NCBI RefSeq assembly: GCF_020745735.1
Contig: NC_083437.1
Coordinates: 22,816,001-22,880,000, forward strand
From: Hemiscyllium ocellatum
Lineage: Eukaryota
Reading direction: 5' to 3'
Length of the DNA stretch: 64,000 nt
This document shows, piece after piece, positions 13,323-26,479 of this stretch; positions within the stretch are counted from its first letter, which is position 1; every line of letters begins with the position of its first letter. Both the position numbers and the translations under genes were made by a program. The notes beneath the pieces were generated by a model, which saw nothing but the letters and a program-made list of their open reading frames with translations, was not told the origin of the DNA and did not search any database.

Positions 13323-13620
13323 ATAGGGACTTAAGAACAGGGTTCATCCTCTCAGCCATTCCAAGTTTGTTTTATTATTCAGTTCGTTTGTGGCTAATCT
13401 GTAACCAAGCTTCTTTTACCTGTCTTTTTTTGTGATTTCACTTTATGTTTAGATAAAGAATATTTCACTTGACCTATAGCCCTTTTGTAGCCATGCTTTC
13501 CAAACTTCCACTTGATTGAAAGGCATTTCTAGAATTTGACCCTAAACACCCAACCTTGAATCTTTTTATTTTGTATTCTCTCATCAGAAGAATTATTTTT
13601 CAATACTTGTCATTACAGTT

Positions 13621-14030
13621 ACCTTGAATAAGCACTTGCATTTGCATGGCATCTTCAATGTCAATAAGTGTTGTGATATACTTCATAGGACAACATTTGG
13701 CACTGGGCAACAGAAGGAGATATTAGGGCAGACGTTCAAAAAATGATTAGTGGCACCTTTAAAATATGTTTTAAAATAAGAAACAGAAGGTGGAGAGGCA
13801 TGGATGATTGGGGAGAGAATTAAATTCATGAAGTCTCTCCCCAATCATCCATGCCTCTCTACCTTCTGTTTCTTCTTTTAAAATATATTTTAAAGGTGCC
13901 TCTAATCATTTTTGAACGTCTGCCCTAATATCTCCTTCTGTTGCACAGTGCCAAATTTTGTCCTATGAAGTACATCATAACACTTACTGACATTGAAGAT
14001 GCTATGCAAATGCAAGTGCTTGTTTAAGGT
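13621..14030. repeat. Long inverted repeat (arms ~198 bp, 15-nt spacer)
   Basis: 13621-13818 is the reverse complement of 13834-14030 with scattered mismatches. Confidence 0.95.
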
Positions 14031-15423
14031 TCCTGAATTTAGGTTCTTCGCAGCTGAAGACATGGACACCAATGGTAGAGTGACATCTTTTATTTATTCA
14101 TTGAATATGGAAGTTGCTGGCTAAGCCAGGATTTATTGCCCATAATTGCAATTCAAAGGCTGTGTGGTGAGTTGTCTTCTTGAACTGATGTAGTCTTTTG
14201 GGTATAGGAACATGTACAGGAATGTTGAGAAGGTCATTGGCGTTTGGAGGAGGCAGTTCTGAAGAAGTCATAGCGCACTAAATACATTAAATTTGTTTCT
14301 CTCTCCATAGATGCTGCCAGACTTGCTGGGTTTCTCCAGCATTCTTTGTTTGTTTCAGGTTTCCAGAATCTGCAGTATTTTGCCTTTTATTATCATAGTG
14401 GTGAATATTTAATTTTCAAATTGAGGCTGGTATACATGGAGACCTTGTGTTCAGAACTGTGACTGCTGTTTTTCTTTATAGGAGACATAATACTCTGAGG
14501 AATACAATTCTGCAGAAAAGTTGTATGACTGGAAATCATTGAAGTTGGAAGGACAAAATTTGGAAGTTGTTCAAAAAAATTGAGGATTCTGAACTTTATA
14601 AATTTGAAGGGGAGGGATGTAAAACCATGGAGATTTTATTGAATCTTTATTTAAAAAAGGATACTTCAGCCACAAATGAAATATCATGTCAAATTCTAGA
14701 CATATTTTAGAAAGGATGTAAAGCTTTAGATAATATTTATGAAAGTAATTTTAGGGATGTGGGTCTTCACAAATATGGATAAACCGGAGAAGCTAAAGTT
14801 GATTACCTTACTGAAGGGTAATTTGAGATGAAATCGGATAGACATGTTCAAGATCAGAAAAAGTCTAAACAGCAGGGAGAGAAACTTGCTTTCATTGAGG
14901 AAAGGGCTAAAAATTAAGGGACTCAGATTTAAGGCAAAAGAATCAAAAGCAGGACGAGGAAAACCTCTTTTTAATGCCGGAATTGAATAGGAATGCCTAC
15001 CAGTCAGGTTGACGGAGGCAGAGTCAATTATGACCTTTCAAAGGGTATTACACAAGAAGCGAATATAAGAAATGTGCAGCAATATCATGATCCTCAGGAA
15101 CCCTGGTCCCTTAATGCAGTTTACTGGTCTGGAACTTGTGATTGAATTGACCATTTGGGTCCGGAGTTAAAGGTCTGAATCTTTCCAGCGAGAACTGTAT
15201 AATTCTATGAATGTTTTACAGAGAGTGGAAGCAGCACAATTTCTCTCGCAAGACTACCAGCAGGGAATCAATGGACTGAATAGCCTCCTTCTGGTCACCT
15301 TCTATGATTGAGTGATGGAGTTAGAGGAGCTTGATAATTTAGAGTGGCACTGGTAAAGTTTATAGGATCATTGAGGCGTTTGTAACTTCGCTGACAGATT
15401 TTCAGCAAGTCTCTTCATGATTT

Positions 15424-15630
15424 GGAGATGCCAGTGTTGGGCTGAGGTGTACAAAGTTAAAAATCACACAACACCAAGTTACAGTCCATCCGGTTGATTT
15501 GGAAGCACAAGCTTTCTGAGCGCTGCTCCTTCAAGAATAAGCCTTATACTCTACAGCCACCTGATGAAGGAGCAGCGTTTCCAAAGCGAGTGCTTCCAAA
15601 TTACTATGGCGGACTGTAACCTGGCGTTTG
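15424..15630. mobile_element. Short palindromic Penelope-derived element with degenerate hammerhead motif
   Basis: Arms ggaagcacaagctttctgagcgctgctccttca / ctgatgaaggagcagcgtttccaaagcgagtgcttcc; CTGATGA at 15561-15567. Confidence 0.7.
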
Positions 15631-15639
15631 AGGTTGAGC

Positions 15640-16010
15640 CAACACCCTTCCAACCACGTGACTGGAGCCATGGTCCCGCCCCGTCCGGACCGTTGGGGGC
15701 CAGATCTCGCGAGAGCCAGCCCGCGAGAGTTGTGGGACGGTGTAAGATGGCGGAGACCGAACTGACTAAGAAGGTGGAGCGGTGTATGGCGGACGCGCTG
15801 GTGAAATTCGGTAAAGTTGCTTGTCGCGGAGGCAGTTGAAGGCCTTAGATGGTTCCTCTCCGAGCTGTCAACTCATTTTGATGGTCTTTGTTCGCAATAA
15901 TCGTTCCCGGGGCCTAGCCGGTAGGCTTTGTACAATTTGCTCGGGGTGAACCGGCGGCCCCAGCTACAACCCGCTGTGATTCATGGTGACACGCAGCAAA
16001 CCAGCAGCCG
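15640..16010 (+). promoter_or_regulatory. MICOS10 CpG-island promoter
   Basis: CACGTG E-box at 15655-15660, GC box at 15675-15682, TCTCGCGAGA palindrome at 15705-15714, YY1-type AAGATGGCGG overlapping the ATG (15744-15753). Confidence 0.8.
15747..15810 (+). CDS. MICOS10: MICOS complex subunit MIC10, exon 1 (MAETELTKKVERCMADALVKF-G)
   Basis: Matches human MIC10 N-terminus MSESELGRKWDRCLADAVVKIG; 64 nt, phase-1 donor GTAAAG at 15811. Confidence 0.93.
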
Positions 16011-18293
16011 CCTTACCCCTTCTAGTGTTTAGTCTGACAGTTCTACAACAAGGGAGTTGAAGCTTTTGCTGTCCGTCCTTTGTACTTGCTTTCCACACTA
16101 ACTGTTCTGTTTCTTCGCCTCGGCCTCTGGTTTAGCTGCGATCCAACCAATATCAGCCGCTTTATATCCCCATCCTTCATGCTTTGCCTTGAGAATAGAT
16201 GTTGGTTGGCCCTTTGACCTTGGAAAGGGAAAGTCAACACAGCTTATGCTCCTGATCACTGTCACTAACGGCTCTTGTTAGGTGTGATCGTGTTTGGATG
16301 TCACTCGGGAACAGGATCAGAAAATATTAGAGAAACACGATTAAGCTTATACCTGGAGAGAAGGCATACGCGTTTACATTTCGGATCAACATACGATGTG
16401 CTGTGTTTCTCTGTCACTTTGTACTTTGATTTCTAACAGCTGCGATATTTTACCCTTCAGTAAGGATAAAATCAGACCTCGGTGATGCCTTGACAGTCCA
16501 GTAAAGAAAGAAATTTAATTAGTATATGTTTGGGTTCAAAGTCCTGTATGGTCACTTCTCTGTAACCTCCCTCTGCCTTATAACCTTCTGATGACTTTGT
16601 TCCTCCAGCAGTGACCTCCTGCCATCTCTACTGTCTTTCTCCATTCTTTGTAACTGTACTTGCATTTTAAGCTTTGGAATTCTCTTTGCAGACATTTTCT
16701 CTCTCTCTCTGCCTTTCATTATCCCCTGTAAGAAATTTGGCTTACCCCCTTATGCTAATGTTTGCTTCACCAGAACTTGATCACAAAAATCAAGTCTGGC
16801 ATCAGTATATTTGAGTGAGTGCTGCATTAATGGAAGGTGCTGTCTTTTTGATTGAAATTAAAAGAGGCCCTGTCATTTTGAATAACATGGGAGTTATCTC
16901 TGTTATCGTGACTAATATTTATTAAATGACCACATTATTGTTTGTGGAATCTGCTGCATGGAAATTGGCTGCCGTTTTCCTACGTTTCTAATAACAACAC
17001 TTGCAAAGTACTCTGGCTGTGAAACACTTCAGGACTTCTGGTTGTTTTGAAAGGTCTGATATAAATCTGCCTTAATCTCTGTCTGATTTCTGTCATGTAC
17101 CATTCATTGGTGCTCTACTCAACTTGCATTTATCATTGCACCTTATTGCAATTGTATCAACTTTCAGGGTTCCCCAAAAGTACTTCATAGCCTTATAATG
17201 GAATACTCTGATTTGCCTGCATGAGTCCAACTTCAGCAACTTTCAAAGCTTGCTGCTATTTCTGACAAAGGATCCTACTTGATTGGCACCTCATCCACCA
17301 CCTTGAGCATTCACTCACTCCCTCTGTGGCGGCATTGGTGCACCACCTACAAGATGCACTGCAGCAACTCAAGGATGCTTAGTCAGCACTTTCCATACCC
17401 AAAGCTTGTATTGGCCAGAAAAACACAGGTAGCCAATGCATGGGAGCATTACACTGACAAGTCACACACCATCCTGCCTTTGAAGTATGTTAACATTTGT
17501 TCACTGTCACTGGGTCAAAATCCTGGAACCTCCTATCTAATAGCCCTGTGAGTGTACCTACCCCTGATGGACTGCAGTGGTTGAAGACGACAGCTATCAC
17601 TGTCTTCTTGAGGGCTATTAAGAATGGACTAGCCACCGATGCCCACATCCTGCGAATAAATAAATTACTTTTGCATCTTATTGGTGTGGGTATCTTTGCA
17701 AATGCAACCAATTTTTGCATAGCACAATCTTTGTTATTGTGGTAGTTGTATAACTGTTGATTAGTGCACTTAGTTTTTATGTAAATTGCTTTGTTTTCTG
17801 TTATGCAGTGTTCTTAAGCAATGCTAAGTTGTTGTAGAAATGCAACATTTGTAGCTCTGCAAGCTGCTGATTGTTAGTGAACTTTGTACATGATTTGCTA
17901 TAGTGACAAATCTATTGAAAAAGAACTGGTTGATCTGTGGCATTGCACAAGGAATAAGACTAACCACTTGTGCATCTGACAGCTATTTGTCACAGAAACA
18001 TGGGCCTTTTAGACCAATTTGTTATCCATGTATCACAGAATTTAGATAAAGGATTTGTAAATCATGCAAAACCCAGATTGTAAATGAAAACCTGCTTCAT
18101 GTCCTCCATGAAATATGTCAAAAAGACATAACACTAAGAGAAAACTAGCTGAAGTAGTGTAGAAAAAAGATCATATTTTCATATTTAATCTTGTACCATC
18201 TGGCTTCTCAAGATGCTATTTCATGAAGAGTAGATGACAGCCAGATGTGAAGACTGGGGTTCTCCAGATAAAATAACTGCAAACTTGATTTTT

Positions 18294-19024
18294 GTTGTGG
18301 TTCTGTTCGCCGAGCTGGGATTTTTTGTTGCAAACGTTTCGTGCCCTTTCTAGGTGACATCCTCAGTGCTTGGGAGCCTCCTGTGAAGCGCTTCTGTGCT
18401 GATTCCTCCGGCATTTATAGTGGTTTGAATCTGCCGCTTCCGGTTGACAGTTGCTGTCCGCTGCAGTGGCCGGTATATAGGGTCTAGGTCGACGTGTCTG
18501 TTGATAGAATTTGTGGATGAGTGCCATGCCTCTAGGAATTCCCTGGCTGTTCTCTGTTTGGCTTGCCCTATAATAGTGGTGTTATCCCAATCGAATTCAT
18601 GTTGTTTGTCATCTGAGTGTTTGGCTACTAAGGATTAGTATCCTTAGATCCTTAGTAGTCAAACACTCAGATGACAAACAACGTGAATTCGATTGGGATA
18701 ACACCACTATTATAGGGCAAGCCAAACAGAACAGCCAAGGAATTCCTAGAGGCATGGCACTCATCCACAAATTCTATCAACAGGCACGTCGACCTAGACC
18801 CTATATACCGGCCACTGCAGCGGACAGCAACTGACAACCGGAAGCGGCAGATTCAAACCACTATAAATGCCGGAGGAATCAGCACAGAAGCGCTTCACAG
18901 GAGGCTCCCAAGCACTGAGGATGTCACCTAGAAAGGGCACGAAACGTTTGCAACAAAAACTCCCAGCTCAGCGAACAGAACCACAACAACAAGCACCCGA
19001 GCTACAAATCTTCTCACAAACTTT
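18294..19024. mobile_element. Fold-back Penelope-like insertion (two inverted 3' fragments) with TSD
   Basis: 18294-18635 is the reverse complement of ~18649-18988; GIY-YIG tail (EFDWDNTTIIGQAKQ..EFLEAWHSS); TSD aaacttgattttt at 18281-18293 and 19025-19037. Confidence 0.93.
18912..18951 (+). ncRNA. Minimal type I hammerhead ribozyme motif (mirror copy on minus at 18330-18369)
   Basis: gca-CTGAGGA-tgtcacctagaaagggcac-GAAA-CGTT-tgc; stem II is imperfect. Confidence 0.6.
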
Positions 19025-19689
19025 AAACTTGATTTTTGATGGTTATTAGAGTCAAATGTTATCCCTACTTGCACTTGGTTTATTCTTTGTAAGGTTTGGT
19101 AAGGTGTGAAGGTTTTGCATTTATATGCATCCCTTTCAGTACTTAATGACATCTAAAAGCAATTTCTCACAATCATCAACTTAATAGAACAGACTCTAAA
19201 GGCTTATTGTATTTCTATTTCTGTGTTTTATGGTCTTGTAGCACTATGCTGAAATGTGTTGATAGATTATATCTATTTTAATCAATTTGTTTGGACATAT
19301 TATGGTACAGCTATGGGGCAGGAGTGATTTTAACCTGGATCTTCTGACCCAGAGATTATAGAATGTGTGCTGGGATGCTAGAGTGGGGTTTGAAAATGTC
19401 ACCAGGCTTAAAGGGAGGAGCTGCTGCTGCTGCTAACAGACAAGCTGACTCACATCCCATACCCTGTCCTTAGAAAGATTATGAGGCTGTGCAATGAGGG
19501 GACACACTACCCTGTGAGGTACTAAATCTGTGTATAGATGAAGGGAAAATAATTAGTTGGGAAGGTTTTGCATAACAGACTGAAATTCTCAAAGACAATT
19601 GAGGAATGTTGCATGTAGTAAATTGAGTTGTGGTATAATAACCTTTCAGCATGGTACCACAGATGAAACTGTTAGAGATTCATGGCAAT

Positions 19690-20320
19690 GAAACTGGAAT
19701 ACTTGTCTTTATTAGTCAGTGCATTGAGGAGAGGAGTTGAGATGTCATACTGTGGCTATACAGGACATTGGTTATGCTATTTGTACAATACTGTGTTCAG
19801 TTCTGGTTTCCGTATTATAGGAAGGATGTTGTGAAACCTGAGAGGGTTCAGAAAGGATTTACAAGGATGTTGCCGTGCTTCAAGGGTTTGAGCTACAGGG
19901 ACAGACTGAACTGATGGGCTATTTTCCCTGGACCATCAGAGGCTGAGGGGTGACCTTATTGTGGTTTATAAAATTCTGAAGGGCATGGATAGGGGAAATA
20001 ACCAAGGTCTTTTTCCCATGGTGTGGGAATTCAAAACTAGAGGGCACAGGTTTAAGGTGAGAGGAGAACGATTTTGTAAGAGACCTAAGGAGCAATGTTT
20101 TCATGCACCAGGTTGTGCATGTTTGGAACAAGCTGTGAGAGGAAGTGATGGATGCGGGTACAATTACAACATTTATTTGGCATCTGGATGACTACATGAG
20201 TTCAAAGAGCTTAGAGGGATATGGGCCAAATGCTGATAAACAGGACTAGATTTATTTATAATATTTGTTTGGCATGGACGAGTTGGATCAAAGCATCTGT
20301 TTTTGCGCTGTATAGCTCCA
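19690..20320 (+). mobile_element. CR1 LINE 3' fragment
   Basis: cagttctgg...gaaggatgttgtgaaacctgagagggttcagaaaggatttacaaggatg; VYKILKGMDR..TRGHRFKVRG. Confidence 0.9.
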
Positions 20321-20989
20321 CTATTCTAGTGGGAAGGCAGATAAATGGATGAGATCCATTAGAAAATCAGAAACAGAACTATGATTAAATCTACTTTCTC
20401 AATGTTTGGACATCAATAGTGATGCCCCATAAGATTCTAATCAGTAGATGTGGATTTGGGGTTCAAGAGTGTGCTATCCAGATTTTCAGAGATGTTAAAA
20501 GAAGTGGCATTACGAATTATGTTGAAAATTACAGGAAACTGAAAGTGGACCTTGAGGGGGGAGAGAAATGGGAAAACTAGCGGTGGATAGAATTCACTCA
20601 GTAATATGATTCGGTTAAATTAGTAATAAACTTTGGACAAAAAGCTTAGTGATATGGTAGCGAGGATTCAAGTGCACAACACATAGAAGCAGCAGGACCT
20701 TAAGGCTATTAGTAGAGTTAGCATAATGAGAATTTTGACAATCTGGAGAATGCACCATTGGGTAATGGGAACTAATACAAAGCCTTTGTAAAAGTGTTAA
20801 TTGTGTGCATTTCTTAGTTTAGCCATAAGGATGTTGGGTAATTGAGAATTACGGTGCAAAGTACATATATAGAATAAGTGAATTAACACAATAGGAATTT
20901 TGGCAATCAGTGGAGAATATGATAAAAATTCATGGTGTATAATATAAAGCTTTAGTAACAGAATAGTGATTGCAGTTTTGAGTTTTTTG

Positions 20990-21293
20990 ATTAGATTACT
21001 TAGTGTGGAAACAGGCCCTTCGGCCCAACCAGTCCACACCGACCCGCCGAAGCGCAACCCACCCATTCCCCTGCATTTACCTCTTATCTAACACTATGAG
21101 CAATTTAGCATGGCCAATTCACCTGACCTGCACATCTTTGGACTGTGGGAGGAAACCGGAGTACCCGGAGGAAACCCACGCAGACACGGGGAGAATGTGC
21201 AAACTCCACACAGTCAGTCACCTGAGTCGGGAATTGAACCCGGGTCTCTGGTGCTGTGAGGCAGCAGTGCTAACCACTGTGCCACCGTGCTGC
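20990..21293 (-). mobile_element. tRNA-derived SINE (HE1-like), young
   Basis: Reverse complement starts ggcagcacggtggcacagtggttagcactgc...ggttcaattcccg; tail (agatt)n-like at 20990. Confidence 0.9.
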
Positions 21294-21819
21294 CCTTGCA
21301 CCAAGAATGTTGGGGTAGTTGAGATTCATAATGCAGATTAACATGGTTACATCCTGAAATAAAGGATGACTTGGAAATATTGTGGTTCTCTTCATTAAAG
21401 CTGAAGAGATTAAGGGGTAATCTGACAGTGGTGTTTAAATTTGTAATGATGGAGCAGCGCAATAAATTTTCTGGTGATCAAGGGTCAGGAATGAAATTAT
21501 CTAGATTTAACATTTAATGCAAGAAAGCAGAAAGGATGGAAAGCAGAAGAAATGTCCTCTTTCCAGGCAGTGTTGTGTAATGAACTTGCAGAGTAATTGA
21601 AATAGAGGCCAGCTGTTAAGGAAAGACTAAATAGTTGGGAAAGAAGGGAAACAGTTAATAGGACACACAAACTAAACAAGGGATCAAAACAACTCCTTAT
21701 GTGAAGGAGAAATGTGAGTGTTAACTGGCTTAGCTGGACAAACTGCTTCCATGTTTAGTATAATACTTTCCTACTTGTGTTATAAAAATCAAAATTATGT
21801 TGTGCAAGAATCTAAGGAC

Positions 21820-22570
21820 GCTACAAAGGTGTATAGATTGCTCCTCTCTTAACCAAAGATCTGGCAATTAAGTATAATGTGGGAAATGTGAAATTCTGTA
21901 TTTTGGCAGAGGGTTTTTTCTTAAACCCGAGCAATCTAAATAGTGAGGTTGCGGAGCTCCACGATGCAGAGGGATTTGGTCATTGCACAAATTGCAAAAC
22001 GTCAGTATGATGGTATAGCAAGTAATGAGAAAAGCTAATAGAATATTAGCATTTCTTGTGTGGAGAATTACCTACAAAGGTAGGGAGATTGTTTTATTTA
22101 TACAGGGCATTGGTAGGCCACACTTGGAGTACTGTGTACAATATTTGTTGCCTTATTTAAGGAAGGATGTATATGTATTGGAAGTAGTTCAAAGAAGGTT
22201 TATTAGACTAATATCTGAAAAAGGAAAGTTTTCTTATGGGAAATGGTTAAACAAGCTTCTTTTTCTGAAGTTTATAAGAGCAATAGGTAACTTAATTGAA
22301 ACGTAACATCTCAAGGAGTCTTGACATGTTGCATGTGGAAAGGATGTTTCCTCTTTCAGAAGAACCTAGAACCAGGGGATCAATGTTATAAATTAAGGTT
22401 TCACTCATTTAAGATAGCGATGATGTTTTTCTTACAAGGCATTTTGAGATTTTGAAACTCCTTGCAAGACTCCTTGCATATTTTTAAGACAGAGGTAAAC
22501 ACATTCTTGATAAGCATGAGTTTGAAAAGTTATTAGGAGTAAGTGGGAATGTGGAGCAATCAAATCAGCC
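21820..22570 (+). mobile_element. Old CR1 LINE 3' fragment
   Basis: KANRILAF..RPHLEYCVQ..LEVVQRRF motifs. Confidence 0.8.
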
Positions 22571-25309
22571 TCCTCCTCCTCCTAATTCATATGTATGCAA
22601 TTTCTGCATAGGCTCCTAGGCCTTTAAGGTAGCTGATCTCAGTCAGGGATAACTATTGTTTTCAGTAACTCTAAGGTACAGAGTTTAACGTCCCTGATAT
22701 CTGTCTTTTTATGTGTTAGAATGTGTGGTTGTGTGAACTTCAGATGGGCTTGAAATTGAATTGTGTAAGATCTTAATCTATAGCTTGCCAGTACTTAATT
22801 TGGTTCACACGTGGATAAATGACCCTTTGTTTAAAAAAAAGGAAGATAAGTGTAGAATAGCTTCTGCAGTGATCCACCTTCAGGAATGGAGGAAAGAAGT
22901 TGCCATCATTGCTGTGACTGTCTGTGACAGCTGATGAATGTGCTATGTTCAGTCAGGATTTTCTTACTCGGCATGAATCTGCTCTGATGCAATGCTTTGA
23001 TTTGCCAAGAGAAGTTATTAAATATTTATAGAGAATAGTAATTTTAAACTATGATGGGAGGTAAGAACAGTTTTTCCATTTTAAAATTAAGCTAAGTAAC
23101 AGGGTGTGTTGTGTGTCACTGAGAGCAAAGCTGTAACCAAAATACTATGCATCTGTAGCAGCTCCTGCTAATTTCAGAGAGCTACAGTGTTGGCATTAAT
23201 GCCATGTTAGCTTGTTGTTTTACTTTCAAACTTTACTGAATGGCATTTAGAAATGCCATTTTAGTTAATTATGTTTTTCAATGTGATTTATAGCTGACAC
23301 AAAAATGATCAGATTTGGAAACCAATTTCTAGGTCATGTAGTTATTGGGAGGTGATTTTGCAACACAGTATTAGAATTTTTTGAAATGAATTTTCTCCAC
23401 TCTTGCCCTCCTGAAGATATGAACTGTACCCCAGCATGAATTAATGGGGTGCGAGCAATCTTCTAATGCTGTCTCCAAATAATAATTCTTCATGTCTGAA
23501 CTTTCACTGGAGGCCAAGTCATTGAGTCTATTAAGACGGAGATAGGTAAGGGATTTTGATTAGTAAGGGGGTCAAATGTTACAGGGTGAAGGCAAGAGAA
23601 TGGAATTGAGAAATGCATCAGCTATGATCTTATGGTGAACCAGACTCAAGGGGCCAAATGGCCTAACACTGCTCCTACATCTTATGGTCACCCAAGGCTA
23701 ATTGTAGCCTACCCCTGTAACTCCCGTAGTATCCTTGCTGAACTTAATTCACTGCACAAACTATATTTCAACCTCAGGATCTTCTGGTTTTTATTGTGAG
23801 TATATTGATCCAGTTTTAACACTTTTTAATGTATCAATAACAGTACATTTCAGGAAAAACCATGCATTTCTTTTAATGCATTCAATAATTTATCATTCAT
23901 ATTGCTCAGATATGTATTTTGCTGTGACTCTGAAATACTGTCTCCATACGCCGGTAATTATGGAACAATGAAATTTAGTATTACACTTTACTGCTAGGTG
24001 CTTTTAATTCATGTGGTCACAATAATCTTTGTTCCTAATGGCTTTACAGTGACAGAATTGTGTTCACAATTTTGACTTTAGTTGCTGAATAGCTTTGTCA
24101 CTTATTCATGTATTGCAGTAGTGCCATGTGAATAAAGCAGTGGAGAGTGTTTGGTGTTGGTGGCACCATGTCTCAACAAAAGTAAATACCTTACAAAAAT
24201 GAAGGGGAAAAGAAGAAACTGAAAAGACAGTTGATATTGTATTAGACAAGAATTTCCTTGATACTTTTTAATATTATGAATTTGTTTTGATTAAATTCCT
24301 TAGTCTTTTGTGGCTCAGCGTCCCAATTTTTAACACCAGTTTACTGAACTTTGTATTATGAATTAAATACAGATTTGTTTTCGTGAAAGCCTTAGAAGTA
24401 TGTTATTTTGACAATCTGTAATGCCTGGATGCAAGGCATAATTCTCCTTGTTACAGTAAGTGAATGGGCTTGGAGAAAAAGTAGCCACATGTGTCATTTA
24501 CTTGCAATGTAGAGGTAAAAAGGAATTTACTGTTCCCAGAGTGATGTCAGACACCCCAAATGTCACTTTTCGTTTTAACACACTTGATAAGTAACCACAA
24601 ATGTGAGTTATTTTAAAATTCTAAACTTTTAAGATTATGCTCCTTCATTTTGGAACCATTGCCATAATTCCAATTGATATTTGTTTCCCTCCATTCTATT
24701 TTCCTTGTAGTTGGAAGTATTTTGTTACTCCACCATTAAATGCATTTTTTTATTTCTTGTGTAAGATTGCATGCTATACTTTCTGCTCCTGCCAAAGCTA
24801 ATCTCTGTCAATTTGCCACATGTGACGATAATGCTCCAAGATGGTTTGAATTGTATACAGAGTTTGTGCTTTTTAAGTAAAGAATTGATAGCTGTCTCAT
24901 AACAAAAGAATGTGGGTTGCATACTGCAACTTAAATTTTGGCTCTCAGTTGCCACACTCCTGGTGTGCAGTGGGAATGTATTGTTGTTGAAGCTGGTCTT
25001 TAGATAACATTTAAACTGAGGATCCAGCTCCTGGTTCCACTCATGTTAGTAACAATATTTTACCCCTTTCAATTGATAACACAACAATTAGACATAAACT
25101 TGTCATGTTAAGTTTTTCAATTAACAAAATTGTTCAATTTTGTTTTCCCTAGTAATTGCTCCAGGATACATGTCCATATTGTGCAAAATTAAATATTTTG
25201 TACTTTGTGCAGCCAGTACTTTGTGCAAGATTAGGAGTGGGGGTGCAGGGGCAAACAGGATATCTGCAGATTGAAAATTCTGTATGAGGAAATTGACTAA
25301 TAGTGACCA

Positions 25310-26478
25310 GACTTTGTGGAATTAGGAGGTGAATTATTTGCTGCAATATTCCTATCCTCTGACCTGCTGTTGTAGTCACTGTGTTTGTGATGAGTCCAGT
25401 TGAGTTTCTGGTCGAAGGATGTTGATAGTGGGAATCAGCGATGGTAACACCATTGAACGTCAAGGGATGGTGATTGTGGTGTCTCTTTTTTGGAGATGGT
25501 CGTTACCTGGCATTTGTGTGACATGAATGTTCCTTGTCACTTGTCAGCCCAAGCCTGGATATTGCTCAGATCTTGTTGAATTTGAACGTAGACTGCTTCA
25601 GTATTGGAGGAATTGTGAATGATGCTGGACATTGTGGAATCATAGGAACGTACCCATTTCTGACCTGATGCGGGGGAGGTCATTAATGAAGCAGTTGAAG
25701 ATAATTGGGCCGAAGACATTGACCTGAGAAACTCCTGCAGAGATGTCCTAGAGATGGAATTATTGACCTCCAACAACCACAACCATCTTTCTACATGCTA
25801 GGTATGACTCCAAACAGAAGAGAGTTTGCCCTGATACTGATTGATTCCAGTTTTGCTCGGGCTCCCTGATGCCGCATTTGGTCGAATGCAGCTTTGATGT
25901 CATGGGCTGTCACTCTTACCTCACATCTGGAATTTAGCTCTTTTGTCCAAGTCATGAGGTCAGGAGCTGAGTAGCCCTGACAGAACCCAAACTGGACATC
26001 ACTGATCAGGTTAGTGCTGAGGAGATGCTGATAGCCCTGCTAATGACACCTTCCATCACTTTACTAACGATTGAAAATAGACTAATGGGACAGTAATTGG
26101 CTGTATTGGATGTGTCCTGCTAGACAATTTTCCACATGGTCAGGTGGATGCCTGTAACAGTGTTGGAGATACATGGCTAGTGGTGGGGCAAGTTCTGAGG
26201 CACAACTCTTCAGTACCATTGCTGGATTGTTGTCAGGGCACATAGCCATTGCAGTATCTGGTGCCTCCAACCGTTTCTTAGTATCACTTTAGCGAATCAA
26301 ATTGGCTGAAAACTAGTGTCTATAGTGCTGGGGACCTCTGAAGGAGGTAGAGAAGCATCATTCACTTGGCACTTCTGGCTGAGATTGCTACAAATGTTTC
26401 AGCCTTAGCTTTTGCACTGATGTGCTGAGCTGTTGCAGCATTGCGGATGGGGATGTTTGTGGAGCCCTGACTCCAGTG
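25310..26478 (-). mobile_element. Degraded CR1/L2-clade LINE RT fragment
   Basis: Remnants of VLKSCASELAPPLA, DIKAAFD, GV.Q..FGP..F.CFINDL and QQDLSNIQAWADK. Confidence 0.8.
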
Positions 26479-26479
26479 A

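Noticed and set aside
21225-21293. tRNA gene-like A/B boxes
   Set aside because: This is a SINE head continuous with the SINE body, not a cloverleaf tRNA.
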